Below are positions 46,243 through 56,070 of a stretch of DNA of 64,000 nucleotides, in pieces (positions within the stretch are counted from its first letter, which is position 1; each line of letters opens with the position of its first letter). A program made the translations under genes and the position numbers. This DNA comes from a virus: UHGV virus genome UHGV-1374697. One strand, 5' to 3'. The notes under the pieces were generated by a model. That model did no database searches, was not told where the DNA came from, and saw nothing but the letters and a program-made list of their open reading frames with translations.

Positions 46243-47590
46243 TTGATGTTAATGCGTTAAGACAAATTTCTTTTGTGTTGAGTGCTTGAATAATTCTTTC
46301 TTCCACCGTACCGGAGGCGGTCACGATGTATTGCAATGTGTGTGACTTTGCACCGAGGCGGGCGATACGTCCTTGTGCCTGAAGCAAATTGACAATGGCG
46401 AAGTCCGGCGAGATAAGTGCGGCGCGGGGGTGGCCTCCCTCGGTATCGTGAAGCGACACCCCAGTTCCTCCTGCACTAATCTGCACGAGAGCGAGAGGAA
46501 CTTCATTCCGTTGGAACTTGTCCACCTCTTCCTGTCGGTTCTTCCCGGTCACCGCTCCACTAATCTCGGAGTAGGGAACTGTTCTCCCCGATTTATTGTT
46601 AATGAGTTCCGAGAGTGTGGAGAGACTGTCGAGGAAAGACACGAAGATGGTGACGCTATATCCGCTGTCTAGAAGTTCAACTGCCTTCTCTGCCATCGTG
46701 GGGAGCTTAGCCAATTCAGATTGCTGGCGAAGCCGAAGGAGTTCAACGATAGCAGGAAGTTCGATTCCCTTCTCGTTAGCACGTTCGATGGACTGGTCCC
46801 ACGATTTGTCCAGCTTGTCAAGTGCTTTCTGTAATTGTTTAATCTCTTTCATACCTTTCATGTCCACGTCCACGGACAAGTATTCGATTCTATTCTCTGG
46901 GAAGAAAGTGTCAAGCTTTTCCTTGTCAATCTCTGTCATAACTCCCGCGGTGTAGAGCTTTTGTTTCAGGCCCTCCATCATAGCGTGGTTACGGGGGTTG
47001 AGCTTAAACTCGATGCCTCCCCAGAAGCAATCGGTGCATCCGTGCATACGTGCCCAGAGCCAGAACCCGCGCCGGGGGTCTTGAATCCACTTGGCATACG
47101 TCGCGGGAACGCTCATGTCAAGAGGGGAGACGAAGGGAGTGGCAGAGAGCATAATCGTTGGAAGCCTTTGATGAGCCGCAGTTAATGCCATGATGTTGCT
47201 TTGGCTACCATAGGTTTTGGCCTTATGGCTTTCATCAAGGACCAGCAAGGAATCGTCGGGAAGGGTCCAAGCCCCGAAGACTATCCGGGACTTGGGAACC
47301 TTTGTAGGGCGTTTGTAGTAGGAGGTACTTCCCCTGCGCACCTTCTCCCATGAGAGGACATCCACCGCGTCCGCTCCTTGCTGTTCAATCGCTCGCTTCC
47401 ATTGGGTCACTACGATGGCAGGGCAGACGACGAGAAGTCTCTTGCCCATAGCCTTCGCGGTTTCGATAGTAACCAATGTCTTCCCCGTACCCGTGCAGGA
47501 TTTATTAATCACGAAGCCATGCCGGGTAATTGCTTCCACCATATCATGGATGCAATCTTCTTGCGGAGGGAATGGAGTAAGTGCAACCAT
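46235..47590 (-). CDS. SF2 (DEAD/DEAH or SNF2-like) helicase
   Basis: Walker A CTGTGKT, motif II LVLDESH, motif III LSATP, and motif VI QAQGRIARLG. Confidence 0.8.
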   Translation of the reverse strand: MVALTPFPPQEDCIHDMVEAITRHGFVINKSCTGTGKTLVTIETAKAMGKRLLVVCPAIVVTQWKRAIEQQGADAVDVLSWEKVRRGSTSYYKRPTKVPKSRIVFGAWTLPDDSLLVLDESHKAKTYGSQSNIMALTAAHQRLPTIMLSATPFVSPLDMSVPATYAKWIQDPRRGFWLWARMHGCTDCFWGGIEFKLNPRNHAMMEGLKQKLYTAGVMTEIDKEKLDTFFPENRIEYLSVDVDMKGMKEIKQLQKALDKLDKSWDQSIERANEKGIELPAIVELLRLRQQSELAKLPTMAEKAVELLDSGYSVTIFVSFLDSLSTLSELINNKSGRTVPYSEISGAVTGKNRQEEVDKFQRNEVPLALVQISAGGTGVSLHDTEGGHPRAALISPDFAIVNLLQAQGRIARLGAKSHTLQYIVTASGTVEERIIQALNTKEICLNALTSNG

Positions 47591-49509
47591 TATTTTCTGT
47601 ACTTGTCCATGATTTCAGGTTCGGCAAGGAGCGGAAGGGAAGAAGCCCACTGCGGAGTTTCTTCCATTATCTGTTCGATGCGCTGGGCGTATTCCTCGGC
47701 ACGGTCAGCCGGAACCATCACTACGGCTTCGTCATGTACGAGAAGGACAGGTTGCGCACCCTCTAATTCCTTGCACAGGCGATTGAACGTGCGGACCATG
47801 AGGTCACGTGCGATTGCCTGAATATTGTTGTTGCTAAGGAGGTTAGTATTGACAATGGAGGACTTGTATCCGAGGTCGACACATGTTGCGAAGTAGGGAC
47901 GGCGACCATCCTTCGGCTGAACCAGCTTCTTGTAACAGTTCCGATAATAAAGCTTCCGGCCAGAGGGAAGGGAGAGCGCAAAACTATGGGAGGGGGTACG
48001 ATAGCCACGAGCCGCTAATGCGTCCAACTCTCTCCACCATGCCACCACTTCTGGGCTACGACTGCGGTACATGTCCACAATCGCTTGGCACTGGTCCCTG
48101 TCCATTCCGGGGTTCGAGCGTTGAATAGCCTTCCATCCAGCACTAAAGCCGCAAGCAAGTACCCCAGCCTTCACATGCTGACGTAAATCCGCTTGCCCCG
48201 GAGTTTCCTTACAGTACTGTTTGAAGTCCTTAACGTCCGCGGGGATGAGGCCCCAGCCTTTCGCGTTAGCGGCATAGATGTCCTTCTCACCAGCACGGAG
48301 GGTGTCAAGAATTTTCTCCTGCCCACAGAGCCAAGCGGTCAGACGTGCTTCAATCCCTGCCCAGTCGCATACCACGAGCTTATACCCTTCCGGGGCCTGA
48401 ATGGCATTGCGCTGGCTAAAGCCCAAAACATCCTCACGGTTAAGCTGTTGCAGGTTCAGTTTATCGCCTCCGGCTGACCAGCGTCCCGTACTTGCGCCAC
48501 AATATGTCAGAGTATAGGGAAGCCGTTCCACTCCTTCATGGTCAGTATAGACGCGGGAAAGCATGCGCTCGGTAATACTAATCATGCGGTTTACGCTCCT
48601 GTATTTCCCAATAAGCGTTACCCACGGGACGAGATGGCCATACTCTTCCAGCCAGTCCGTAAATTTCTCACTGACCTTACTTGTCGTCTCCGGCGGCGGG
48701 ATGTTCAGCTCTTCACACGCTTTGTGTAATTGAGGAATTGAAAGTTTCTTTTCAAGTGGGATAGCTTCCTTGTAGTCCTCTTTCGCCTGATGGAGTTTCT
48801 CCAATCCGTCAAGAAGATACTGGCGGGAAGTAGGAACTCCGCGCCATCCCATGATGCAGGTATTGAGCCAACAGGCGCGTTCATCTTCCGGCCAGAAGTT
48901 CTTCATCTTGTCCCACACGGCGAGACAGTAGTAACTATCGCCCGCCACGTATTCCTTCATGTCGTCTGGGATGACTTCCATCTTGCGGAAATCAACGCCT
49001 TCGGCCTTGGCTCGGACTTCCTTGCTAATCTCTACTCCCCAAAGCTTTGCGACAATCTTGTCAAGAGAGCCATAGATGGCGAGATAGTTGGAAGCGGCGC
49101 GGGAACAGAGCCATGCCTTGAAGGGCGGCTGGAAGCTTGGCGTGCACGGGATGCCCTTGGACCCCGGCGCGTGCAATCCAAAGAGGTAAACGGCATAGTC
49201 GAAGCTGGCGTTAAACGCGACGAGGGTTTTGTCCTTCGTAGTTTTCTCCCAATCAAAATCCTTCGGATGTCCTACCCAGCAATACTTCCCGTCATAGACG
49301 GACATGATGTATGCGTCGAACCGTGGGTCCAGACAGTAGGAATGCGGGTCCATGAACTTGAGGGAATATTTCCCCTCATAATACGTTTCAAAGTCAACGG
49401 CAAGAGTATCACCTGTGAGTTTGGTCTGGTCGTCTGTAATCTCCATTTCATACCCCGGAATGCGAGGCAATGAAAATGATATAGGGTTCTTATCTATTTC
49501 TTCGTGCAT
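47590..49509 (-). CDS. family A DNA polymerase with a 3'-5' exonuclease domain
   Basis: Motif A LVVCDWAGIEARL, motif B RQHVKAGVLACGFSAGW, and motif C LLVHDEAVV. The N-terminal exonuclease region has FDYAVYLF. Taking the start at 49509 (MHEEIDKNP) gives a TAATG overlap with the upstream gene, whereas the longest ORF from 49644 overlaps by 136 nt. Confidence 0.85.
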   Translation of the reverse strand: MHEEIDKNPISFSLPRIPGYEMEITDDQTKLTGDTLAVDFETYYEGKYSLKFMDPHSYCLDPRFDAYIMSVYDGKYCWVGHPKDFDWEKTTKDKTLVAFNASFDYAVYLFGLHAPGSKGIPCTPSFQPPFKAWLCSRAASNYLAIYGSLDKIVAKLWGVEISKEVRAKAEGVDFRKMEVIPDDMKEYVAGDSYYCLAVWDKMKNFWPEDERACWLNTCIMGWRGVPTSRQYLLDGLEKLHQAKEDYKEAIPLEKKLSIPQLHKACEELNIPPPETTSKVSEKFTDWLEEYGHLVPWVTLIGKYRSVNRMISITERMLSRVYTDHEGVERLPYTLTYCGASTGRWSAGGDKLNLQQLNREDVLGFSQRNAIQAPEGYKLVVCDWAGIEARLTAWLCGQEKILDTLRAGEKDIYAANAKGWGLIPADVKDFKQYCKETPGQADLRQHVKAGVLACGFSAGWKAIQRSNPGMDRDQCQAIVDMYRSRSPEVVAWWRELDALAARGYRTPSHSFALSLPSGRKLYYRNCYKKLVQPKDGRRPYFATCVDLGYKSSIVNTNLLSNNNIQAIARDLMVRTFNRLCKELEGAQPVLLVHDEAVVMVPADRAEEYAQRIEQIMEETPQWASSLPLLAEPEIMDKYRK

Positions 49510-49892
49510 TAGTGTTTGGGTGTATTTAGTTGTTCCTTCGCTTGCGCGTAGTATTCTTGTGGGGTGCTCATAGGAATTCCGGCGGTTCTGTCCTTCTTGT
49601 ACATCTTGACGGCACGGTTCATGTGGTTCACGACTTCCCGGCATTTTTCGTTTGCGAGGAATATCCCATCCTCAAAGGAGAAACCTTCATCGCGCCCCGT
49701 AGCGGCTACTAGGCGCAATGCGAGAATGGCGATGTCGGTTGCCTCCTTTACGCGGTCCTCCGCGTCAGCTTCCCGGTATTCTTCAATCTCCCACAGAAGA
49801 TGGCGCAGGAGGTCAGCGGCTGATTCCTCTAATCCCATATAGGAGAAGTGGGAATCAACAGTTTGGGCGGCGATTGCAATTTCGTTGTACAT
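49509..49892 (-). CDS. possible MazG-like all-alpha NTP pyrophosphohydrolase (127 aa)
   Basis: HLLWEIEEYREADAEDRVKEATDIAILALRL resembles the MazG ExxE...ExxD metal-binding helices. The match is weak. Confidence 0.4.
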   Translation of the reverse strand: MYNEIAIAAQTVDSHFSYMGLEESAADLLRHLLWEIEEYREADAEDRVKEATDIAILALRLVAATGRDEGFSFEDGIFLANEKCREVVNHMNRAVKMYKKDRTAGIPMSTPQEYYAQAKEQLNTPKH

Positions 49893-49895
49893 AGT

Positions 49896-50156
49896 TTAGC
49901 GTGATATGATTATGAAGAAGAGAGTGACCAATGTTGCGGAGAGGCCAAAGATATTGACGTTCATGTCCCGGTTACTCCGTTTCAATAGATGTGTGAGGGT
50001 GATGTAGATGAAGGACCACACCAACAGAACGATGAGGACGAGAATGAGCGAGAAGATGAGGGAGGCCAGTAGGGGCATACCATTGACCAGAAAGCCCATA
50101 GATAGGGAGAGGTAATAGATGCCCATGTAGGGGGATAATTCTGCTAGGTCTTTCAT
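49896..50156 (-). CDS. small membrane protein (86 aa, 2-3 transmembrane helices)
   Basis: Strongly hydrophobic. Part of a string of four small transmembrane genes. Confidence 0.5.
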   Translation of the reverse strand: MKDLAELSPYMGIYYLSLSMGFLVNGMPLLASLIFSLILVLIVLLVWSFIYITLTHLLKRSNRDMNVNIFGLSATLVTLFFIIISR

Positions 50157-50158
50157 GA

Positions 50159-50464
50159 TTAGCTCTTCATCGCATTATAGAGGCAGAGTATAGGGACTAA
50201 GTAGAAACCAGCGGCGGCGACTGCCCCGAAAAAGAAAGAATCCTTCTTCGGAATGGAGTTCACCGTAACAACAAAGAGAATTTGAAGCACGTGACTGCCG
50301 AGTACCGCTAAGAAGCACGTCATCCACGAATATTCAGGAGAATACCCTTTAACCACTAGGGTAAGGACAAAGGGTATGAATGAGAGAACCGGAAGCATCT
50401 GCTCCAACGTGTCCTCGAGGTTTTCCCTAAATCTTTGAGAGTAGTCCATGTTTTCCAATGTCAT
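50159..50464 (-). CDS. small membrane protein (about 101 aa)
   Basis: Hydrophobic. Taking the start at 50464 (MTLENMDYS) gives an ATGA overlap with the stop of the upstream micro-ORF, whereas the ATG at 50479 would overlap by 19 nt. Confidence 0.5.
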   Translation of the reverse strand: MTLENMDYSQRFRENLEDTLEQMLPVLSFIPFVLTLVVKGYSPEYSWMTCFLAVLGSHVLQILFVVTVNSIPKKDSFFFGAVAAAGFYLVPILCLYNAMKS

Positions 50465-50619
50465 AAGTCTTTTGGGCATAAGAGGTTAGATTTATTGTCC
50501 GTTTCTTTGTAATAGCTCCACAGGTCTTTTGCGTATATGGAAGCCCCCTCGTAAATCAGGAGGAGCAGATTCACTATTCCAACAAATACTACAACTAAAA
50601 CTAAAATATCTTCCAACAT
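50461..50619 (-). CDS. unannotated 52-aa single-transmembrane protein (MLEDILVLVVVFVGIVNLLLLIYEGASIYAKDLWSYYKETDNKSNLLCPKDL)
   Basis: Hand-translated from the 141-nt gap. The ATG lies 1 nt after the upstream TAA, and the stop overlaps the downstream ATG. It falls below the ORF-track cutoff. Confidence 0.45.
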   Translation of the reverse strand: MLEDILVLVVVFVGIVNLLLLIYEGASIYAKDLWSYYKETDNKSNLLCPKDL

Positions 50620-50620
50620 A

Positions 50621-50932
50621 TTAATGAACAAGTTTATAGATTACCCATACCACAGGACGCACGATTACCATGTGGAAAAGTTGTTGAATATAGTGCAAGA
50701 GAAACAAAGAGCCTTTGTGTATCATGAATGGGACGAGCACCATAGGTATAAGTATGACCATAAAGCAGGCCTTGGCATAAAGAGACTCGTCTTTCAGGAA
50801 GATGAAGGCGCGGTACTGGCAATATAGAAACAATCCGGATACCAATATCGTCAAAGTGATAAGTGCTAGTTTGTCCTTCCCATCCCTCACCAAGCCGGTG
50901 AACCACGATTTCCATTCTTCTTTTGCTGTCAT
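50621..50932 (-). CDS. small membrane protein (103 aa)
   Basis: Hydrophobic helices (LALITLTILVSGLFLY..., VILIPMVLVPFMI). Confidence 0.5.
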   Translation of the reverse strand: MTAKEEWKSWFTGLVRDGKDKLALITLTILVSGLFLYCQYRAFIFLKDESLYAKACFMVILIPMVLVPFMIHKGSLFLLHYIQQLFHMVIVRPVVWVIYKLVH

Positions 50933-51086
50933 GTTTGTTGCTTGTTTGCTTAGTTGTATTCTATGGGATTAGCGGAACGGGATTGGCCCCGCCCCGGAAT
51001 CCCGGTGACGAGGCCAATGTATCAAAGATTGGATTTTTGTCAAGAAGTTTTTAGAAGAAATTTTTGATGAAGTTGTAACTCGCTCA

Positions 51087-53927
51087 CTATCCTACGATTA
51101 CTTCTTGGCGTTGTTTGTCCTGTTCTTCCCATTCGGGGAAGTCCCGATACCAACGGGCCTTAGTACTGTCGCTTGCGTACTTGAGCCAGTCTTCTACATG
51201 GAGGAACCTCATGCGCCGTCTTCCTCCCGACACCTGTTTCGTTTTCCACCATGCTTCGTCTTGGAAGTAAGTGGTGATGGCGGTCTTGAACCCTGCGAGG
51301 GACTGACGCTTAGGAGCGTTAGCGGAACGCGGCTGGTCCGTCACCACCCCCGTATCTCGGATGGTGTAGAGAATATGCAGGAGAGCTTGCGGCCCCGTAT
51401 AGGTGATGGGAATATGCTTCCACAAAGGATTGCCCTCCTTATCCGTATCTATGTCCCAATCAACCGGACGAAGCTGGGTCACAAGGGATTCCTCCGCGGA
51501 TTCCCGCATGCCATACTTGGTGTTTATCTCTTGGGACTTCTGCACCACCATGCTTACAAGTTCGCTAACATCCTTGCTTAGCGAGTGGTAGTTCTCATAC
51601 ACCTGCGCCCATAGTTGCTGTATATCTATGGAATCACGAACCTTCTTCGCCGTAGCTAGGTCCCCTCCCATACTGCGGACATAAAGGACAGAGTAGCGGC
51701 GGTTCCCCGTGGCATCCGTCAGTGGGTTGGGGTCGTTGGACGTACCAATGAACACCGCCTTCGGCTTATACATCCGCTGGTCACGCTGGTATGCCGCACG
51801 GGTCTTGGCGGGCTGGATGTCAAGAGCATTCTTCACTTTGTTCGCGTCCTCCGGGTTAGAGAGGATTCGGTCAATCTCGTCCAGCTGGATAACATGGGTA
51901 CTGCTCTTCTGCACGATAGCATCCTTCTCATTATGGATGTCAAAGCTACTCGTGAAGCATCCGGGATAGTCGGCAAGGAGCTTAGAGGCCCAGTAAGATT
52001 TACCGCTACCTTGGCTACCAATGAAGATGGGGCAGAAGATGGGGCACATGTTATTAACATCTTCCATCGACTTCTCCATGTGGTCGAGGACGGTGTAGAG
52101 CCATGTACGAAGCACGAAGTCCAGCCACTCTTCTTCGGTATAGCCTTCCGGGGCCATGCCCTCTTCCAGTTCAAGAGTACGGATGTACTGCCCCACTCGG
52201 TCAATACCATCCCAAGGTTTTACGCACAAGGTGGATGCGAGGGGGTGGTAGAAGAAGTTGGTGGAGATACTGCGGAAGGTTGCGTCCAGTTCGTGTTGCA
52301 ATTTGGAGGTAGCCGTTCCTACTGCCAGATAGCTGGCCCACTTGCCCGCGATGTGGTTCACGAACTCCGGGTCGTAAGGATAGAGCCTTCGGCTCACGAG
52401 GTCCAGCACCAGTTTGGTCTCATTAGCTACATCGGTCACAATGCGGAGACCAATGGAGGCAAGAAGGAAGCTAACATTAACGAATGATACGGAAACGATG
52501 TCCTTCTTGGGGTCCTTCATGGGGAAGTCGAGAGTAGCCCAGCGTTCAGGTTTCTTTGCCTGATAAGCCTTCCCCTCCGGTAAGGGTCCGGTCTCGGCAA
52601 GGATTTTCTTTAGCTCTGCGTCGGGGTTATATATCTTATCCAGCAAGGATTCAGATTCAGCATCCGTAACCGGAGGGGTTATGGTGGCAATGTCTCTGTT
52701 CTCGATGTCCAGCACATACATGCGGAACAGGTCATTCATGCTCTTCACCTTCCGGTCCTTGTCTTGGCAGGAGCTATGGAGGCAATGGAACCATGAGGTA
52801 GATGGGAAGTCCCGGACAATGTTGAATTGCAGGTCACGGTCGGCACGGTGTCCCGTGCATACGCTTGCGCACGCGGGGCACATGCCGTACATGTGGTTCC
52901 CCTCCCAGCGCATTGCCCGGAAGCCCTCGGCCTGTTCGGCGTAGCCATTATCGTCCAGCCACTTGGGGAACTCGGAGATAAGAATGGGAAGCGGGTCCCG
53001 CTCGGTCAGGAGGTCATCCTCTGCCGCGGGAGCCACGGTTTCCTTGGTAGCCCGTTCGACCAGCTTGTCAAGGGAGGGCACGGTAAATACCTGCGGCGTA
53101 TCTTTATCCCGTTCCACCAACTCCCCGTGGTAGAGGAACTGCAACCGGGAGATGTCCTTACATGCGGGGTCGCAGGTCAGACCGGAGAGGTTGTACACTT
53201 GGTCCCACAGGTATTTGCAGATTAGCTGGTGGCGAGCCTGACGAATAGCCGCGACGTACTTGCCCATATCCGGGATATGGGAATCCGTGGAATCCGTGGA
53301 TTCCGGGGGTTCCGAGATGTTGAGAGCCTCGCGTGCCCGTTCATCGACTTGGACGAAGAACTTGAACCCGCCACTGGGGCTGACGTACCCGAACAAGTAA
53401 CCGGGCAAGTGGGAGAGCTTATCCTCGGCAATGCGTTTAAGTTCCTCCGTAGTGGCGGGGTTCGTATCTTCATCCTTCTTCTTTAGGTCAATGTCCAGAC
53501 CAATGATGCCGGAGTGGGACCAGAAGGAGATAGCCCGGCGCAATGCGGTACGCGGGTCAACGGTCTTCTTATTCTCGCCCAGCATAGATGGGACGGAATG
53601 GAAGATGACGGAAGGGATGAGGGCAGGAAGCGCGTTCTTGACCTTCACCTCGCCATCTGGGCTGTTCTCCTTCCATCGGGTATAGACCTTCTCATAGGCG
53701 GGAGCCAATGGCGCACGAAGTGGCCGCCCTGCCTGTTTATCGAGAAGGAGTGATAATTGGAGACTTGTCTTTAACCGCTCGTCCGCGATGTCGTTACTGC
53801 GGAGGAAGTTAATGAGACAGTCGATTGTAATTGCCTGTGGATTCTTCCCGCTTCCGGTAAAGACGCGAGGAGCGTTACTCCGCTCCAACAAATCCCAAGG
53901 CGTGGGGATTAGAGTAATGGATTGCAT
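51087..53927 (-). CDS. bifunctional primase-polymerase (AEP) fused to an SF3 (D5-like) helicase
   Basis: AEP motif I IIGLDID. SF3 Walker A FIGSQGSGKS, Walker B VIQLDEID, and motif C GTSNDPN. Four-Cys zinc motif CPACASVC...CLHSSC. The start at 53927 (MQSITLIPT) has an A-rich leader. The ATG at 54032 is an upstream in-frame extension. Confidence 0.8.
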   Translation of the reverse strand: MQSITLIPTPWDLLERSNAPRVFTGSGKNPQAITIDCLINFLRSNDIADERLKTSLQLSLLLDKQAGRPLRAPLAPAYEKVYTRWKENSPDGEVKVKNALPALIPSVIFHSVPSMLGENKKTVDPRTALRRAISFWSHSGIIGLDIDLKKKDEDTNPATTEELKRIAEDKLSHLPGYLFGYVSPSGGFKFFVQVDERAREALNISEPPESTDSTDSHIPDMGKYVAAIRQARHQLICKYLWDQVYNLSGLTCDPACKDISRLQFLYHGELVERDKDTPQVFTVPSLDKLVERATKETVAPAAEDDLLTERDPLPILISEFPKWLDDNGYAEQAEGFRAMRWEGNHMYGMCPACASVCTGHRADRDLQFNIVRDFPSTSWFHCLHSSCQDKDRKVKSMNDLFRMYVLDIENRDIATITPPVTDAESESLLDKIYNPDAELKKILAETGPLPEGKAYQAKKPERWATLDFPMKDPKKDIVSVSFVNVSFLLASIGLRIVTDVANETKLVLDLVSRRLYPYDPEFVNHIAGKWASYLAVGTATSKLQHELDATFRSISTNFFYHPLASTLCVKPWDGIDRVGQYIRTLELEEGMAPEGYTEEEWLDFVLRTWLYTVLDHMEKSMEDVNNMCPIFCPIFIGSQGSGKSYWASKLLADYPGCFTSSFDIHNEKDAIVQKSSTHVIQLDEIDRILSNPEDANKVKNALDIQPAKTRAAYQRDQRMYKPKAVFIGTSNDPNPLTDATGNRRYSVLYVRSMGGDLATAKKVRDSIDIQQLWAQVYENYHSLSKDVSELVSMVVQKSQEINTKYGMRESAEESLVTQLRPVDWDIDTDKEGNPLWKHIPITYTGPQALLHILYTIRDTGVVTDQPRSANAPKRQSLAGFKTAITTYFQDEAWWKTKQVSGGRRRMRFLHVEDWLKYASDSTKARWYRDFPEWEEQDKQRQEVIVG

Positions 53928-54090
53928 ACTTTTATGAATGAGGCCGGTGGAGCGTGGACGGCGTAGTCCGCACCCTCGTGGCCTATGGTTTGAATTGCCG
54001 TCCGGAGGTCGAACGGTGTCCGAGGCTACCACGGGTTCCGGGGGTTGTCAAGTAGAATCTACGACCCTTAACAAGCATGTAACAAGCAAG

Positions 54091-54562
54091 ATTTAGAGTA
54101 GTTGTTACGGTAAGTTATTGAGTATATACGACTTAACAACTATAACAAGCATAACAAGCAAAAACCGTAGTTAAACGTGTACGCACTCGTCCTCGTGCCG
54201 TATGGCGGTCGCGCTACGCGCTCCGCGAACCATGTTTTTATGATAGGGAAAGGGCTAACTCGGAAAGCGATTAAAACTGAATGAGTTAGCGTAACAACCT
54301 ATCAAAATCTCGATGTAAGATGTTAAGAGCCAAGTACTTAACAGCTGAAGCTCGAAAGAAGTTGTTACGCTGGGTCATTGATAATAAACGACTTAACAAC
54401 TATAACAAGCAAACAAGCAAATTCTACAGACTCTATATATGTGTATATAAGGCCTCCCCTATACCCCTCTTTTCTTATATAACTACTATTTTTGCTTGTT
54501 TTGGTTGTTATAGTTGTTAAACTATTAAAAAAGAAGGGGTTAGCGTAACAACTACTCTAAAT
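54091..54562. repeat. AT-rich iteron block bracketed by 19-bp inverted repeats; origin-of-replication candidate
   Basis: ATTTAGAGTAGTTGTTACG (54091-54109) and its reverse complement (54544-54562) flank several copies of AACAACTATAACAAGCA-type units. A 22-bp perfect direct repeat CGACTTAACAACTATAACAAGC sits at 54129 and 54389, with inverted copies near 54497 and 54585. The block is adjacent to the primase-helicase gene. Confidence 0.5.
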
Positions 54563-54937
54563 CATGCTTGTTATAGGTTGTTAGTAGATGTTACAAGATT
54601 GAGAATGAACGGATTAAGAGAACAGCATTGGGCGTCAGCCACTTATGAGTATGGGGTTCTCCGGCTAAAGAAAAACCCTTCGGAAGCAGGACATGCCTAC
54701 CTCCGAAGGGCTACGCCTTGGGAACATCAACCTAGGAGATGGGTGACAGGAGGGCGTTGCTTCGAGTAGGACTTACCTACTACCTTACTGCCTACCCTCC
54801 ACGCGTTGCCCTCCTGTCTGGCCGTATAATACCAGCCCCATCGAAAAAGTCAAGACAATCCTCTGCCAATATGTTATTTTGTTATGCACGCGTATATACG
54901 CGCCCACATGTGTGTACGCCCCCTTTCCAAATCTCCT

Positions 54938-55060
54938 GAATTTAATCGAGCGTCCTACCCTAGAACGCGCCGCAACCCTCCCTCCGCTACAACTATCCAC
55001 CCGGACCCCGTCCCCTCCTTCTACCCCGCCACACTGGATTAAATTCGTAAACGCGCCATC
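54938..55060. repeat. copy 1 of a roughly 70-90-bp direct repeat family in the control region
   Basis: GAATTTAATCGAG(C/G)GTCCTACCCTAGAACGCGCC(G/A)CAACC...CCGCTA(C/T)AACTA. A second copy lies at 55417-55481 with the adjacent A-segment permuted. Confidence 0.5.
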
Positions 55061-55231
55061 ACACCAATTTCCTCTTGACTTTCTCCCCTGATGTGATATG
55101 TTGCACCTGTTCGCTCCGAACGGCAACCGAACCAGCTAAGCCCAATGCTTCTGGCTATCCCAAGCGGGGAATCCGCATGCCACAGGAGCGGACTAAACAC
55201 TCTCCTTTCTACAGGCATTTTCCATAGTTAC

Positions 55232-55276
55232 GCCCGTGGGTAGTCTCGTCAAGCTACCTGCGGGCTTTTTCTTTGC
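55232..55276 (+). terminator. plus-strand rho-independent terminator inside the non-coding region, marking the possible 3' end of an ncRNA
   Basis: GCCCGTGGGTAG-tctcgtcaag-CTACCTGCGGGC-tttttctttg. No protein-coding gene lies upstream on the plus strand. Confidence 0.4.
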
Positions 55277-55389
55277 CGCCAAATCCGCGAGAGCCGCTCC
55301 GTCGCATTATGCCCGCCGTGCGCAAATTTGGTCGATGGTAGTGCCCTATCTCCTGTTTCATGACTAATGTACCCACTCGCTACCTATAC

Positions 55390-55481
55390 CCCGTCACACT
55401 CTTGTAAATTTGCCCGAATTTAATCGAGGGTCCTACCCTAGAACGCGCCACAACCGCTGGTCCGCTATAACTACCCGCCCG
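55390..55481. repeat. copy 2 of the roughly 70-90-bp direct repeat family
   Basis: See copy 1. The two copies are more than 85% identical over about 65 bp. Confidence 0.5.
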
Positions 55482-55859
55482 AAGAGTATGCCCGCCTTCT
55501 AGGTTGATACGTCCCCCCGTGGACTAGCCGCGTGTCGATTTTTCTTGACTAGGCGGGGATGGGGTGCAGACCAGATGAGGCTGAAACAGACCAGAGGTCA
55601 TGACCATCATGTTGAACCCACGGAACCCACGCACCCCGCGAAGCGGCCATGACCATGTACCCACCCATGTACCCGCCGCATGTCGATTTTGCTTGACAAC
55701 CGACAACCGACATGCCCAGAAGGGTACTCCCTCCCCCGTACCCCACGGAAAAAATTTGACCCAACTATTTACTATGGGCCGCGTGCAACCCCGGAGCCTG
55801 GGAAACCGTGGTGGTGTTTGGATTTTCTTGGTATCCAATTTCCCCCTATACCTACGGAA

Positions 55860-56070
55860 TCGGTGCATCACGGAACCTTTTTGCCTCTGATTGCACCGGG
55901 AACGGTATATCCCGGGGGGGCCTGCCTATCCCCCACATGCACCGGAATCGGTAAGATAGGCCACCGTGTTGCAACGGGAACGGTATACCACCTGCCCTGA
56001 ACTGCCACCGCCCCTGTCATGGGAACGGTACGCCATGCAACCCATTGAATCCTCGGAATCTGTTGCAACC
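55860..56070. repeat. cluster of degenerate GGGAACGGTA / CGGAATCGGT direct repeats
   Basis: ccGGGAACGGTAtatcc, caacGGGAACGGTAtacc, catGGGAACGGTAcgcc, plus cCGGAATCGGTgcatc, caCCGGAATCGGTaagat and cctCGGAATCtgttg, spaced 30-40 bp apart. Confidence 0.45.

Noticed and set aside
47590-49644. Longest-ORF start (49644) for the DNA polymerase
   Set aside because: It would overlap the upstream 127-aa gene by 136 nt. The ATG at 49509 forms a TAATG stop-start overlap, which is the prevailing coupling style in this operon.
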